Shown: piece after piece, positions 1-11,040 of the stretch
Numbering within the stretch: position 1 is the stretch's first letter
Layout of the letters: each line of letters begins with the position of its first letter
From: Squalus acanthias
Lineage: Eukaryota
Length of the DNA: 64,000 nucleotides
Direction: 5' to 3'
Assembly (NCBI GenBank): GCA_030390025.1
Contig: CM059432.1
Coordinates: 112,842,001 to 112,906,000, forward strand
Notes under the pieces: generated by a model
What the model saw: the letters and a program-made list of their open reading frames with translations, nothing else
What the model was told of the DNA's origin: nothing
Database searches by the model: none
Translations under genes and position numbers: made by a program

Positions 1-732
1 GAGCTCTTTTCTCTAGAAAAGAGAAGACTGAGAGGTGACCTAATAGAAGTCTTTAAAATTATGAAGGGGTTTGATCGGGTAGATGTAGGGAAAATGTTTC
101 CGCTTGTGGGTATCTTGTGGGATATGTCTCCGAATCTAGGGGTCATAAAAGAGAAACTTCTTTTCCCAGAGAGTGGCTAGAATGTGGAACTTGCTACCAC
201 ATGGAGTAGTTGAGGTGAATAGCATAGTACAGGAAACTCTTTATTAACCGGCACCCAAATATCCGGAAATCTCTCTTAACCGGCAAAATTCTTGTGTAGG
301 TAACCGGGGTTTTCCTTCATCTCTCATTTAAAATTAACTTTAAAAAAAACCCTGAGGCGTTTGCCTTGTATCGGAGCGTGTAGATTGGGAGGGGAATGTG
401 CAGCCCGGGTAGGCAGCGGACACGACAGATGGTCAGCTGGCGGTCCCCGGGGAGACGGAGCTCCGAATGCAGGTGCATGTCAATGTGTACGGGGCTCTCG
501 TACGTTGGGAGATTTTACTCTCCGTTATCCGGACTTTTTGATTAACCGGCACCACGCCGGTCCCGTCGGTGCCGGTTAATAAAGAGTTTCCTGTACATGA
601 GAGAGAAAGGAACAGAAGGTTATGCTGATAGGATGAGATGAAGTAGGATGGGAGGAGGCTTGAGTGGAGCATAAACACTGGCATAGACCTGTTGGGCTGA
701 AGGGCCTGTTTCTGGGCTGTAAATTCTATGTA
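1..732 (+). mobile_element. CR1 LINE 3' fragment (ORF2 C-terminus and 3' UTR), interrupted by a MITE at 230-593
   Basis: The first ~110 nt translate to LFSLEKRRLRGDLIEVFKIMKGFDRVDVGKMFPLVG, typical of the CR1 ORF2 C-terminus. CR1-type 3' UTR resumes after 595 and ends ...TTCTATGTAA. Confidence 0.88.
230..593. mobile_element. Tc1/mariner-pogo (Tigger-like) MITE, 364 bp
   Basis: Perfect 26-bp TIRs CAGGAAACTCTTTATTAACCGGCACC (230-255, and the reverse complement at 568-593), flanked by TA at 228-229 and 594-595. Confidence 0.9.
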
Positions 733-741
733 AAACAATAA

Positions 742-1475
742 GGGGGAGAAATTCGATATCGACAATTTTGGGGCGCTAACTTTAGCACCCGGTGCTTATT
801 AGCGCTGGCGACCGCAAAATTGAGTTTTAGCACCCCAAGAGGGAATTGAAGCTCTAAATCAAGCGCTCCACTTCCTTCTTCGGGCACTAACGTCAGAGAG
901 TGGGGTGGAGACTTCAGCAGCGCTACACACTGGGCCGTGCAGCGCTGCCACGTTCAAAGACTCCTTCCCTCCCTTAAAGGGAAGGACCATCGCTCCAGGC
1001 TCTGCAATTTAAAAAGTACCTACCTGGACCACCAAGGCAGCCGCGATCCCACGTGATCAGCCCGGCACTCAAGCAGAGTGCTGGGCTGATCGATCGCGGG
1101 CAGGAACCCGCGAAAAAAACTAGAACAGGAAAGGTAAGTTTTTTTTCCACTTACCTCGGCCACCTCGCCTTTAATCATCGCCCCCGAAGCGGCCGGCAGC
1201 CCGATGCACACCTCCTGCAGCTGTCGGTGTTTTCGACCACCGCTGCTGCAGGGGGCGGAAGTCAATTTCAGGTCCCGGGCTCTACCAGGGCGATGCGCAC
1301 GGCAATGACGTCACGTTGTCCGGGCGAAGAAGGTCGGGGTGCAACGCCGTAGCACCGCTGCAAAACTCCTGCCGAATATGGCGGGAGTCGATGTCAGCGC
1401 CGCGCCCGGTCGCAAAGCCATTTACGCCCCCTGGGGGCGCTAGCGGGAGACGTAAAGGCACCCAATTTCACCCCC
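742..1475. mobile_element. PIF/Harbinger-type MITE, GC/CpG-rich
   Basis: Termini GGGGGAGAAATT...AATTTCACCCCC; TAA TSD at 739-741 and 1476-1478; no coding capacity. Confidence 0.85.
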
Positions 1476-1843
1476 TAAGTAATCGACGTGAAATGGTACC
1501 AGAGTACAAATGATATCATACAATGAAATTATAGTCAGTTGAAATTTTGCCAAATACTTATCAAGTTGTCACATTGATGGACAGAGGCTGATTTAATTTT
1601 GATTAATAGTTTATCAGTTGTCTTGTATCAAAAAGGGGGTCAAATTCAATATTATGATTTAGGCACTCTCCAGATACTTTTTGTTTTGCCAGTGGAAAGG
1701 ATTGCTTCCATAAGGAAGCCTCCACTTCCTATGATTGAAACATGGCCTTAGTCTGGGAGGTAGCTTGCCCATGGTGAACAAAAAAAACCCTTATGCTGCT
1801 GGTAAGCTCACTGGACATTAGTACAAGATACCTCATACTCTTC

Positions 1844-2042
1844 TGTCAGCCTTGGCTAAGTGGTAGTGCTCTTTCCTCTGAGTTAGAGGGTTGTGAGTTC
1901 ATAGCCCACTTCAAACACTTGAATACATAATCTAAGATGACGTTTTAGTGCTGCACTCTTGGAAGTGCTGTCTTTCGGATGAGACATTAAACTGAGGGCC
2001 TGTCTGCCCTCTCAGGTGGATGTAAAAGATCCTATGACACTT
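1844..2042 (+). mobile_element. tRNA-headed Deu-domain SINE, 3'-truncated and diverged
   Basis: A/B-box-like head (TGGCTAAGTGG...GAGTTCATAGCCC), then CTCAGGTGGATGTAAAAGATCC, which matches the copy at 2348-2795. Confidence 0.75.
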
Positions 2043-2347
2043 TCGGTTCCTGCCAAATTACCATGGGCAATAGAAGGTCTCAGGCAGGCTTTTCAAATTG
2101 TATTTAATGGGATCAGGAGATGCTGTCAGGGCCTGCTTTATATAGCTTGAGAATAATTTTTCCTTAGTTTCTGCCTTACATTTTAGGCTCTGGACTGTGA
2201 AGGGGCTTTTGCCAGTCTTGAAATTTAAACCGTCGGGCCTTTATCTTCACGGGGGTACTTTGTGGAATCCACACTGGTGGAATAGGAGGAAGGAGGAAAC
2301 GGAACTGCAGCTGAAGAATAAGCAAGTAGGAGGTTTTCTTGCAGCCA

Positions 2348-2795
2348 TGTCAGCCATGGCTCAGTGGTAGCACTCTTGGCTCTGCGTCAGAAGGTTGTGG
2401 GATCAAGTCCCACTCCAGAGACTTGAGCATATAACTTAGGCTGACATCCAGTGCTGTATTGAGGGGATGCTGCACTGTCAGAAGTGCTGTCTTTCAAATG
2501 AGATGTTAAAGTGAGATCCTGTCAGCCCTGTCAGGTGGACATAAAAGATCCCATGGCACTATTTTGAAGAAGAGAAGGGGAATTACCCCTGGTGTCCTGG
2601 CCAATATCACTAAAACAGATAATCTGTTCATTATCACATTGCTGTTAGTAGGACCTTGCTGTGCGCAAATTGACTACTGCATTTCCTACATTACAACAGT
2701 GACTGTACTTCAAAAGTACGTAATTGGCTGTAAAGTGCTTTGGGACATCCGGAGGTTGTGAAAGGGGCTATATAAATGAAAGTCTTTGTTTCTTT
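2348..2795 (+). mobile_element. tRNA-headed Deu-domain SINE (SacSINE1-like), near full length
   Basis: A box TGGCTCAGTGG, B-box-like GGATCAAGTCCC, central CAGGTGGACATAAAAGATCCCATGGCACTATT domain, and an L2-like tail GCTATATAAATGAAAGTCTTT. Confidence 0.82.
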
Positions 2796-3229
2796 CATTA
2801 CCCTTACCATCCCAACTGTGTATCTAGGTCCAGGATCGCATACCTGGAGTTCTCGAATGTTTGAGGAGACATTGCTGTCCAGGGAGGCAGTAACAGAGTT
2901 ATGTTACATCCTGCAAGAAGACTTGTAGCCATATACTAGAGCAAAGAAAACACTGTCTGTTGTAATCAAGGTCAATGCAGCCCTGAATTACTTTGCCTCT
3001 GTCCCCTTCCAGGCAGCAACAGGGGATATTGGTAACATCAGCCAATCTGTAATCCATAGCAGGTGACTGACGCCTTGTTTTCTAGAGCAAACTGATTCAT
3101 CACTTTCCCAATAGGCATCTGGAAACAGCAGGATAGGGTTCTGGGGCTGACTGCAGTGTTTCAGTGCCATGTTTGAGAACTCAATAGATCTCAATGGGGT
3201 CCACCATACTATCAGACAGATATGTCTTT

Positions 3230-3366
3230 TTCCAGTTCTGACGAAGGGTCATCGACCTGAAACGTTAACTCTGTTTCTCTCTCTACAAATGCTGCCTGAC
3301 CTGCTGAGTATTTCCAGCATTTTCTGTTTTTATTTCAGAGTTCCAGCATCCACAGTATTTTGTTTT
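3230..3366 (+). mobile_element. Penelope-like element terminal (pLTR) fragment containing a hammerhead motif
   Basis: Same sequence as the end of the GIY-YIG element (29640-29667) and the copies at 35.3, 39.6 and 55.1 kb. Possible 7-bp TSD TGTCTTT (3223-3229, 3367-3373). Confidence 0.8.
3234..3270 (+). ncRNA. Minimal type I hammerhead ribozyme motif
   Basis: AGTT-CTGACGA-AGGGTC atc GACCT-GAAA-CGTT-AACT: CUGANGA and GAAA boxes, stem II, palindromic ACGT helix III, stem I AGTT/AACT. Confidence 0.7.
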
Positions 3367-4173
3367 TGTCTTTGTGATGCCTGCAGCAATTTCTGGTGCA
3401 CACAATCATTTTTTAAATACTGATCCCCCGAAGTCTACTTCTCTGTCCTCTTCAGCTGCCCCTCCGGTTAGCTTATCCCTGTACTTTCCTTGTTACTTCC
3501 ATCTACTCCTGCTCACTTGTGCTCAGTGAGTCCCCTCATGCACTCCTCTCAAAATCACTATCTAGGTCACTTGGGATGCTGGTTTCTGAGCTGATGCTTA
3601 GCAGAGTAAGTGAAGGTGTATCGTTATCAAGGCTTTCATCTGCACTCTGCCTAGCACTGGTGCCCGAGTTATCTGTTGGACCTAGAGAAAGAAGAGAGGG
3701 ACATAGGTCAAAGGCTGTTGTTTGGATGGCAAGCACATGTCAAATCACTGTTAGGGCTAGGTCATAGCAGAATGTCATGTTCAGGAGGTAAGTGAGAGTA
3801 TAAGGGAATGAATTCCGCAGAAAGAGATAGGGCAGATGCTCACCAGGTCTACAGTGTGACCAGGCATCCAGCATCCCTCCTGCTGTGGGGGAGCTTCCCC
3901 TGGAAGAAGAATGGATGTGGGTAAATATGTGTCTTTCAATCTTTGCCATGTACAAGTCTGCTTTCCATAGTGGGTATGATGATAGGAAGAAGCAACAGGC
4001 GTGGCCAAGAGGGAGAAGCAGTTTTGAAGGGTGTAGCAGCTTTTGCATGCAAGCAAAAAAGACATGCAGTGAGGTCTTCCCTGTTGACTTAAGGACAACC
4101 AGGGGAAGCAGAGAAAGAAATGATAATGGCGCAGAGACAAAGGTAGGGATCATGCAGGCCTGAACAGAAATAT

Positions 4174-4919
4174 TGGCCCAAAAATTCGTGAGGAAGCCTT
4201 CGTGCGAGGGTAAGGCTTCCCCGCGATCTCTCACTGCGCGTTGGCTTTTTCAGTTCCAGCTCACACGAACTTGATGTTCTGAACAGCTGCTGTGCTGGGC
4301 TTGCGTATCCCACAGGCGCAGTTAATTCGTGCGAGCTGTGGGATCACGTGACTCAGTTAGAGCCAATGGCAGCACACCATCTTCCATTCATAACTTTCAC
4401 ATAAGTGCTGTGAAAGCTATGAATACTATAGCCCCCCAAAAGAACAGCTAAACCTCAATTAAATTTTTTTAAAAAAACATCACATTAATAAAATAAGTAT
4501 AGTTAAATAAATTAACCATTTTAAATAAAAAATTAAATTTTTGAAAAAATTTAAAATCTTTTAAAAAGTTATAAAAATAAACTTACCTGTCTTTAAAGTC
4601 TCTAAAAAAGATATACCTGTTAAAAAAAATTCAAAATAATACTTAATTCACTACTTACCTTGTTAAAAGTGGGTCTTACTCCTCCTTTTTTTATGTGTAA
4701 AATCTTCCATACTTACCTGCGCGTTGAAACCACTAAGTGCACTGCATGCGCGTAGCCTGTAGCGCGCACGCGGTTCACCTAGGAACCGCCCCCTTTTCCA
4801 TTCACCAAGTGCTGGTTTTCAGCGCATGCGCAGTGCATGCAGAAAACCGGCAATTGGAGACAGAATACGCGAGAGTACACAGTGCGTACTCTCGTGTATC
4901 AACACAAATTTTTGGGCCA
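4174..4919. mobile_element. Harbinger-type MITE with AT-rich core
   Basis: TIRs TGGCCCAAAAATT / AATTTTTGGGCCA; TSD not cleanly preserved. Confidence 0.72.
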
Positions 4920-4920
4920 A

Positions 4921-5430
4921 TGTACTGCAGCCAAGTCCTGGTGTAAATACTGCTCACATGCTGTGCCACTTCTCGCTGTGCCCGCTCATCAATTTGCCCT
5001 GGAACCTGCCGACCACCCAGGGGGAAGAAGATGCCCTGCTCTCACAAGTTTGCTCCACCAGCATATCCACAGCTGAATCCAACAACCTCAGGGACCTGCT
5101 GCCCTGCTGCAACTCTTCTTGGCCCCAGACATCTTCCTGCAGCCTCACAGAAATCATTACCTGGTTTGGCCACAAAGAAAAACAGTTTTTCTTTAAGAAG
5201 ACTTCCCCTTTAAGCTGGTGAAAGCCCGTAAGAACCTGCAGAGGTGCATGATTTCCCAGACCCCAATTGGTGATCTACCTATGGTTTGTATATTTTAAGC
5301 TGCCAGATCGCCTAACATGCAGCACCTGGATGACTCAGAAAATAGGACTGTTCCCGCACTTCCAGGAGACCGTTCTGTTTGCCCACCCACCACCCGCCGG
5401 TTTCACTTTGGGAGACATAAATCCACCCAG
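4921..5430 (-). pseudogene. Decayed Harbinger Myb/SANT-like DNA-binding gene remnant and transposon end
   Basis: Minus-strand translation with one frameshift: RSLRLLDSAVDMLVEQ.../GIFFPLGGRQVP...REVAQHVSSIYTRTWLQ, similar to the Myb/SANT-like exon at 17.9 kb. A TIR-like AAATCCACCC lies near 5420. Confidence 0.5.
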
Positions 5431-5835
5431 TCGTTTGAGTAAAAGCAAGACAGATCCCTGATTCTTCACATTCAGATTTCAGCATTTAAACTTGTCTGGC
5501 CTGGCAAAATGACCCAGTCACTGAATGGAGAATTTCACGGTGCGTGCAACATTTAATCACAGCGCAACATTGATGGTGGCTGTGAGGAAGTCAGCAATTG
5601 AGACTTTCCTCCCTTGATGCCTGCAGGAGGAAGTGAGTTAGAGGGAGACAATATCAGGAACCTGAACGGGAAAGAGGAGATATATAAAAAAAAAACTAAA
5701 ATGCACATACTCAGCTGTCACCTAGGTAATCACTTCTTTGGATAATCAGCATACTACAGAGTTTGCATCTATCCCAAACAAAAACTGTTGTGAATTGATG
5801 CAGAACCTGTAGTATTACTGCAGCAAACATATTGT

Positions 5836-6715
5836 TCATAGAGTCATCCAGCACAGAAGGAGGCCATTCAGCCCATCGTGCCTATATCGGCTCTTTGTCA
5901 GAGCTGTCCAATTAGTCCCGCTCCCCTGCTGTTTCCCCATAACCCTGCAAATGTTTCCTTTTCAAGTATTTATCCAATTATCTTTGAAAGTTACTATTGA
6001 ATCTGCTTCCACCACCCTTTCAGGCAGTGCGTTCCAGATCATAACATCTCGCCGCGTGAAAAAAAATTCTCCTCATCTCTCCTCTGGTTCTTTTGCTAAT
6101 GATCTTAAATCTGTGTCCTCTGGTTGCCGACTGCCCTGCCAGTTGAAACAGTTTCTCCTTATTTACTCTATCAAAACCATTCATAATTTTGAACACCTCT
6201 ATTAAATCTCCCCTTAACCTTCTCTGTTCTAAGGAGAACAATCCCAGCTTCTCCAGTCTCTCCATGTAACTGAAGTCCCTCATCCCTGAAACCATTCTAG
6301 TAAATCTCTTCTGCACCCTCTCTAAGGCCTTCACATCCTGCCTAAAGTGCGGTGCCCAGAATTGGACACAATACTCCAGCTGAGGCCTAACCAGTGACTT
6401 ATAAAGGTTCATCATAACTTCCTTGCTTTTGTACTCTTTATGCCTCTATTTATAAAGCCGAGGAACCTGTATGCTTTTTTAACAGCCTTCTCAACTTGTC
6501 CTGAAACAAAAGATTTGTGCATTTGAACCCCCAGGTCTTTCTGCCCCTGCGCCTGCTTTAAAATGTTACCATTTAGTTTAAATCGTCTCTCCTCGTTCTT
6601 CCTCCAAAAATGCATCACTTCACACTTCTCTATTAAATTTCATTTACTAGTCACCAGTCTGTCTATGCCCTCCTGATGTCTGCAACTGTCCTCTCCACTG
6701 TTTACTACATTTAGT
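5836..6715 (-). mobile_element. CR1 LINE, 5'-truncated
   Basis: ORFs 6020-6415 and 6412-6618 give LYKSLVRPQLEYCVQFWAPH...LERVQKRFTRM...RLRGDLIEVFKIM; 3' UTR extends to ~5836. Confidence 0.92.
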
Positions 6716-6880
6716 TGTTATTCAGTGTCACCCAGAAGGTGCCAAACTCGCCCCTGCCTCCACGCCCCCCACATTGCTTCCACTTCATGTTGGGAATAGT
6801 ATAATTGCAACAATTGGGAAGCAAGCTTTAACAATTTCCAAGGCAGTCCAATTTTATTTTTAAATTTTTCAATGTAATAA

Positions 6881-7604
6881 TGGCCCAGAATTTGCTGGGA
6901 AAATAACGGCGAGTTTAATGTGCTGGCCGTTATTAGTGTGTAAAAAAAAAAGCAATTTGTGACAAGGAAGAGATACGCCACGAGTTGCGAATTGCCACGA
7001 ATTGCTGGACAATTTGTGCCACTCCTCGCAAAACAGGAGCTCGCCATTGATCTTCCCGTGAGTGTCAAGACATTGCTGCGTTTGCGTATTAAACTCACCG
7101 CAGAGAGTTAGGGCTGATGTTGAACTACGTAAGGACCCTTTTAATTATGAGATTTCTGTTCCTGCAATGCCACGCCACCTCAGAGATGCAGAAAAGAACA
7201 ATTGAAACTGTGGAGTCTCACTCCTGCAGGTAGTAAATTGTTCCTAGAGGTTTTTAAAATTTAAAATTATAAAGTGTTTTAATATTTTTCTTTTCTGTCT
7301 CTTATTTCTGTCTCTCCAAACACAATCTTTCTTTCTCTCTCTTTATTTCTCTTTCTGTATCTAATTTGACTCTAATTCACCCTGTTTCCTTCTCTGCTGT
7401 TCCCTCTGTTTCTTTCCCTATCCTTAAATTTCATTGGTTAAAGAGATAGACTGTTGGTCCCGTCGTTCACCAAGGTCCCAGATGCCTTGTTGACCTCGTA
7501 TTGCCAGCAATTTGCGGCGCAATAATTTGAGCTGAATGGTGACGGAAAAAATCTAACAAATGGAGCACGCTGCAAGAAATCCCTCTTCAGCAAATTCTGG
7601 TCCA
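6881..7604. mobile_element. Harbinger-type MITE
   Basis: TIRs TGGCCCAGAATTTGCTG / CAGCAAATTCTGGTCCA; flanks TAA and TTA. Confidence 0.78.
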
Positions 7605-8219
7605 TTAAAAACACCACTAGCATTTGGATGACAGTGAGCGGACCTCAGTTTCATATAATTAAGTACATATGTACAGAGCCCCACTTTCTCTGGTTAGACT
7701 AGACTAGACTGTGGTGTAGAGATGGCAATATAACTCGGTAATGCCAGTTTGCACCGCTGCAAAGCAGGTACCAGCATTAAACCAGTAGCTGCTGTATAAC
7801 TGGGGCATAGTATGAATCTTAACAACAATCTGAGCTCACAAAATGATAGCAGAATATCTGGTGAGGGAGCAAGAGAGAATGTCAGTGTGACAAACCATCT
7901 CAACATCATGCACTGACAATCCCTTAAAGATGGCAGTCTGTGTCCCCTATCAAAGAACCCTGTGGCATTTAAAAATACTAGTAGGGTAAGTTTAAAAAAG
8001 AAATAGAATATCACTGAACTAAATCACTATCCATTCATTCCCCTTATTCGGTATAGTGTTTATAATCCAGCTATAACACTTAAATGTATAATCCAGATCC
8101 CATCATAAAATGCTGCTCCAATTACTCATATTTTGAATGCTCGGCACACAGGAATATTGTCAGTCCAGTACAAGTCAGTCAACTTTCACACTCGGTTAAC
8201 AGCTGCTTGTAAAGATCAT

Positions 8220-8958
8220 GGGGGTGAAATTCCCCTAGAGGGCCGTTTGGGGCGCTAAGTAAAAAATGTTTGGAAAGTTAGCGGCAGGCGCTAACCTTTT
8301 CAAACATTAGTTAAATTCCCATTTTTTCTTCAAGAGGAAAGTGGAGCGCTAAATCAAGCACTCCACTTGCCTCTTAGAGCGCAAGAGGCGGGGAAGGTCC
8401 CGAACCGGGGCGAAGTGCTCAGCAGCGCCACCTGCCGCGTTGCAGGGGCTCTTCCCAGCATTAAAGGGAAGGGCCCAACACTGCGAGCTCTGCAGGTTTC
8501 ATTGTAGATTTCTGGGCCACTGCGGAGCGGGAGTGCCGCGTGATAAGCCCAGCACTCAAGAAGAGTGTTGGGCTGAGCGATCCCAGCGCAGACGCTGTGA
8601 CCGGTGGCTGAAAAAAAAAATTTTTAAATCGGCTTTTTTTTTTGGCCGGCCTCCCACCATACCTTTAAGTTGCGCCCCGCGAGCGGCTGGCCTCACTGTT
8701 CGCGACCCATGCAGCAGTCGGTAACATCGCCCCGCACTGCTGTGGGGCGCGATTGCGAATTTTTGTCCCGGGGCGCTGCGCCCGGATATGACGTCATGAT
8801 CATATGCGCAGAAGATTGGGGCGATACCCGGTAGCACCGCCACTAACCTCTTGTGGAATTTCACAGGAGGTGCGGTTATTGCCCCAGGGGGGCGAAAAGC
8901 CATTTACGTCCCATTAGCGCCTCCCACCGGAGACACAAACGAGGGGAATTTCGCCCCC
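8220..8958. mobile_element. PIF/Harbinger-type MITE related to 742-1475
   Basis: TIRs GGGGGTGAAATTCCCCT / AGGGGAATTTCGCCCCC. Internal blocks CTAAATCAAGC-CTCCACTT and TTAAAGGGAAGG are shared with 742-1475. The 3-bp TSD is CAT or ATG (ambiguous by one base). Confidence 0.85.
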
Positions 8959-9299
8959 ATGGCTTTTATTTTAATTTGATTCAGTTTCGGCATGTGGGAT
9001 TAAGATTAGACTACAGGATTTTATTTTGAGTATTTGTAAAAAAAAATTTAAATTATCATTAAATAAGAGCAAATACTAAAGTAATTTTGATTTTTAATCT
9101 CATTTGTTCCATTCCAGCTTACAGTTTTGTAAAATCAGCATTTGGATGAATGAAAACTGGAAACGGGAAGTTGTTTATTGTGACAGCTGTGGATGCTAAA
9201 GCGTGCTGATGGTTTGGTTGTATTTTCTGAAGTCAATGGTTTAAGCGATCAGATTAATTTAGCTGTTAAATTCAGGTGGGGATCGTCTAAACCCGCAAT

Positions 9300-9570
9300 C
9301 TTTACCACCTAGAAGGACAAGGGCAGCAGGCGCATGAGAACACCACCACCTCCAAGTCACACACCATCCTGGAAATATATCGCCGTTCCTTCATCGTCGC
9401 TGGGTCAAAATCCTGGAACTCCCTCCCTAACAGCACTGTGGGAGTACCTTCACCACACGGACTGCAGCGGTTCAAGAAGGCGGCTCATCACCACCTTCTC
9501 AAGTTAGGGATGGGCAATAAATGCTGGCCTTGACAGCGACGCCCACATCCCATGAACGATTAAAAAAAAA
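9300..9570 (+). mobile_element. 3' tail of the EN-RT LINE family seen at 30.2-33.4 kb
   Basis: CCACCTAGAAGGACAAGGGCAGCAGG...CACCACACGGACTGCAGCGGTTCAAGAAGGCGGCTCA...GGGCAATAAATGCTGGCC followed by an A-tail. Confidence 0.85.
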
Positions 9571-9629
9571 TTCAGATGCACAAATAAAGAAGGCTGCTGT
9601 GTAAGTGGGGGAGGACCTCCAATTATGAG

Positions 9630-10610
9630 CCAGGGAACGAAGGTATAAATCACCACTCCACCACGAGGGAGCATATCATCACTTAACCATGAAGGAAACG
9701 AGTTCAAACCTTCAATCAATCATGAGGGAATCAGATACCTACTATAGGTCATTCACCAGGGAACCAGGTACATACTATAACTCAACCACCAGGGTACCAG
9801 ATGAATACTGTCACCCCACCCCGAGGAAACCAGGTACATACTGTCACTTAGCCCCAAGGAAACCAGGTACATACTGTCACTCCACCCCGAGGAAACCAGG
9901 TACATACTGTCACTTAGCCCCAAGGAAACCAGGTACATACTGTCACTCCACCCCGAGGAAACCAGGTACATACTGTCACCCCACCCCGAGGAAACCAGGT
10001 ACATACTGTCATTCCACCCCGAGGAAACCAGGTACATACTGTCACCCCACCCCGAGGAAACCAGGTACATACTGTCATTCCACCCCGAGGAAACCAGGTA
10101 CATACTGTCACCCCACCCCGAGGAAACCAGGTACATACTGTCATTCCACCCCGAGGAAACCAGGTACATACTGTCACTCCACCCCGAGGAAACCAGGTAC
10201 ATACTGTCACTCCACCCCGATAAACCAGGTACATACTGTCACTCTACCCCGAGGAAACCAGGTACATACTGTCATTCCACCCCGAGGAAACCAGGTACAT
10301 ACTGTCATTCCACCCCGAGGAAACCAGGTACATACTGTCACTCCACCCCGAGGAAACCAGGTACATACTGTCACTTAGCCCCGAGGAAACCAGGTACATA
10401 CTGTCACTCTACCCCGAGGAAACCAGGTACATACTGTCACTCAACCACCAGGAAACCAGGTACATACTGTCACTCCACCCCGAGGTAACCAGGTACATAC
10501 TGTCACTCCACCCCGAGGAAACCAGGTACATACTGTCACTCTACCCCGAGGAAACCAGGTACATACTGTCACTCCACCATGAGGGAACAAAACACATAGC
10601 ATCACTCCAC
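9630..10610. repeat. 33-bp minisatellite (about 23 homogeneous units at ~9808-10577, with degenerate flanking units)
   Basis: Unit GGAAACCAGGTACATACTGTCACTCCACCCCGA; 11-aa periodicity in the ORF track; one 32-bp unit near 10220. Confidence 0.95.
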
Positions 10611-10769
10611 AATGAGTATTGGATTACTACTGTAAGTAGTCTGTAGAACTCCTATACAAGTGTAATTTGGTTTCTCTTGATGATCTTTGTGTGTTAATAG
10701 ATTTTTAAGTATACTGTTTCTTTTTTCCTCAATTTACTTCCCTCTTATCTCCTCTTTGCTTTAGGGCAA

Positions 10770-11040
10770 TGACTGAAACTGCAGTACAGTTTCAAGGGTG
10801 CTTATACATAGCACACATGACCATTATTCATGTGTGAGCCTAGTTCACCCAATGTCCAAATATACACATGATCACTATAGTGATTAGGAACAGAAACCCT
10901 GGCTATTTTTTTTCTACCTTCCTAGCCTTCTGACACAGGGGCCAATTGAAATGTATCCACCCATGGCCTTTTTGAGTTCAATTAATAGAAGCACAAACCA
11001 AGGATTGCACCATCACACAAGGTGCATTTGCGCACTGAAC
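10770..11040 (-). mobile_element. Decayed SINE-like repeat (family also at 54.2 and 61.1 kb)
   Basis: GATTAGGAACAGAAACCCTGGCTATTTTT is the approximate reverse complement of AAAAATCAGCCAGGGTTCCTTCTCCTAAT at ~54355. Confidence 0.45.

Noticed and set aside
9125..9200. Peptide ending ...VVYCDSCGC*, reminiscent of a TGF-beta C-terminus
   Set aside because: Too short, lacks the other cystine-knot cysteines, and has no upstream exon support.
9689..10378. 229-aa repeat protein gene
   Set aside because: The ORF follows from a 33-bp (3n) unit, shifts frame at a 32-bp unit, and the opposite strand is also open.
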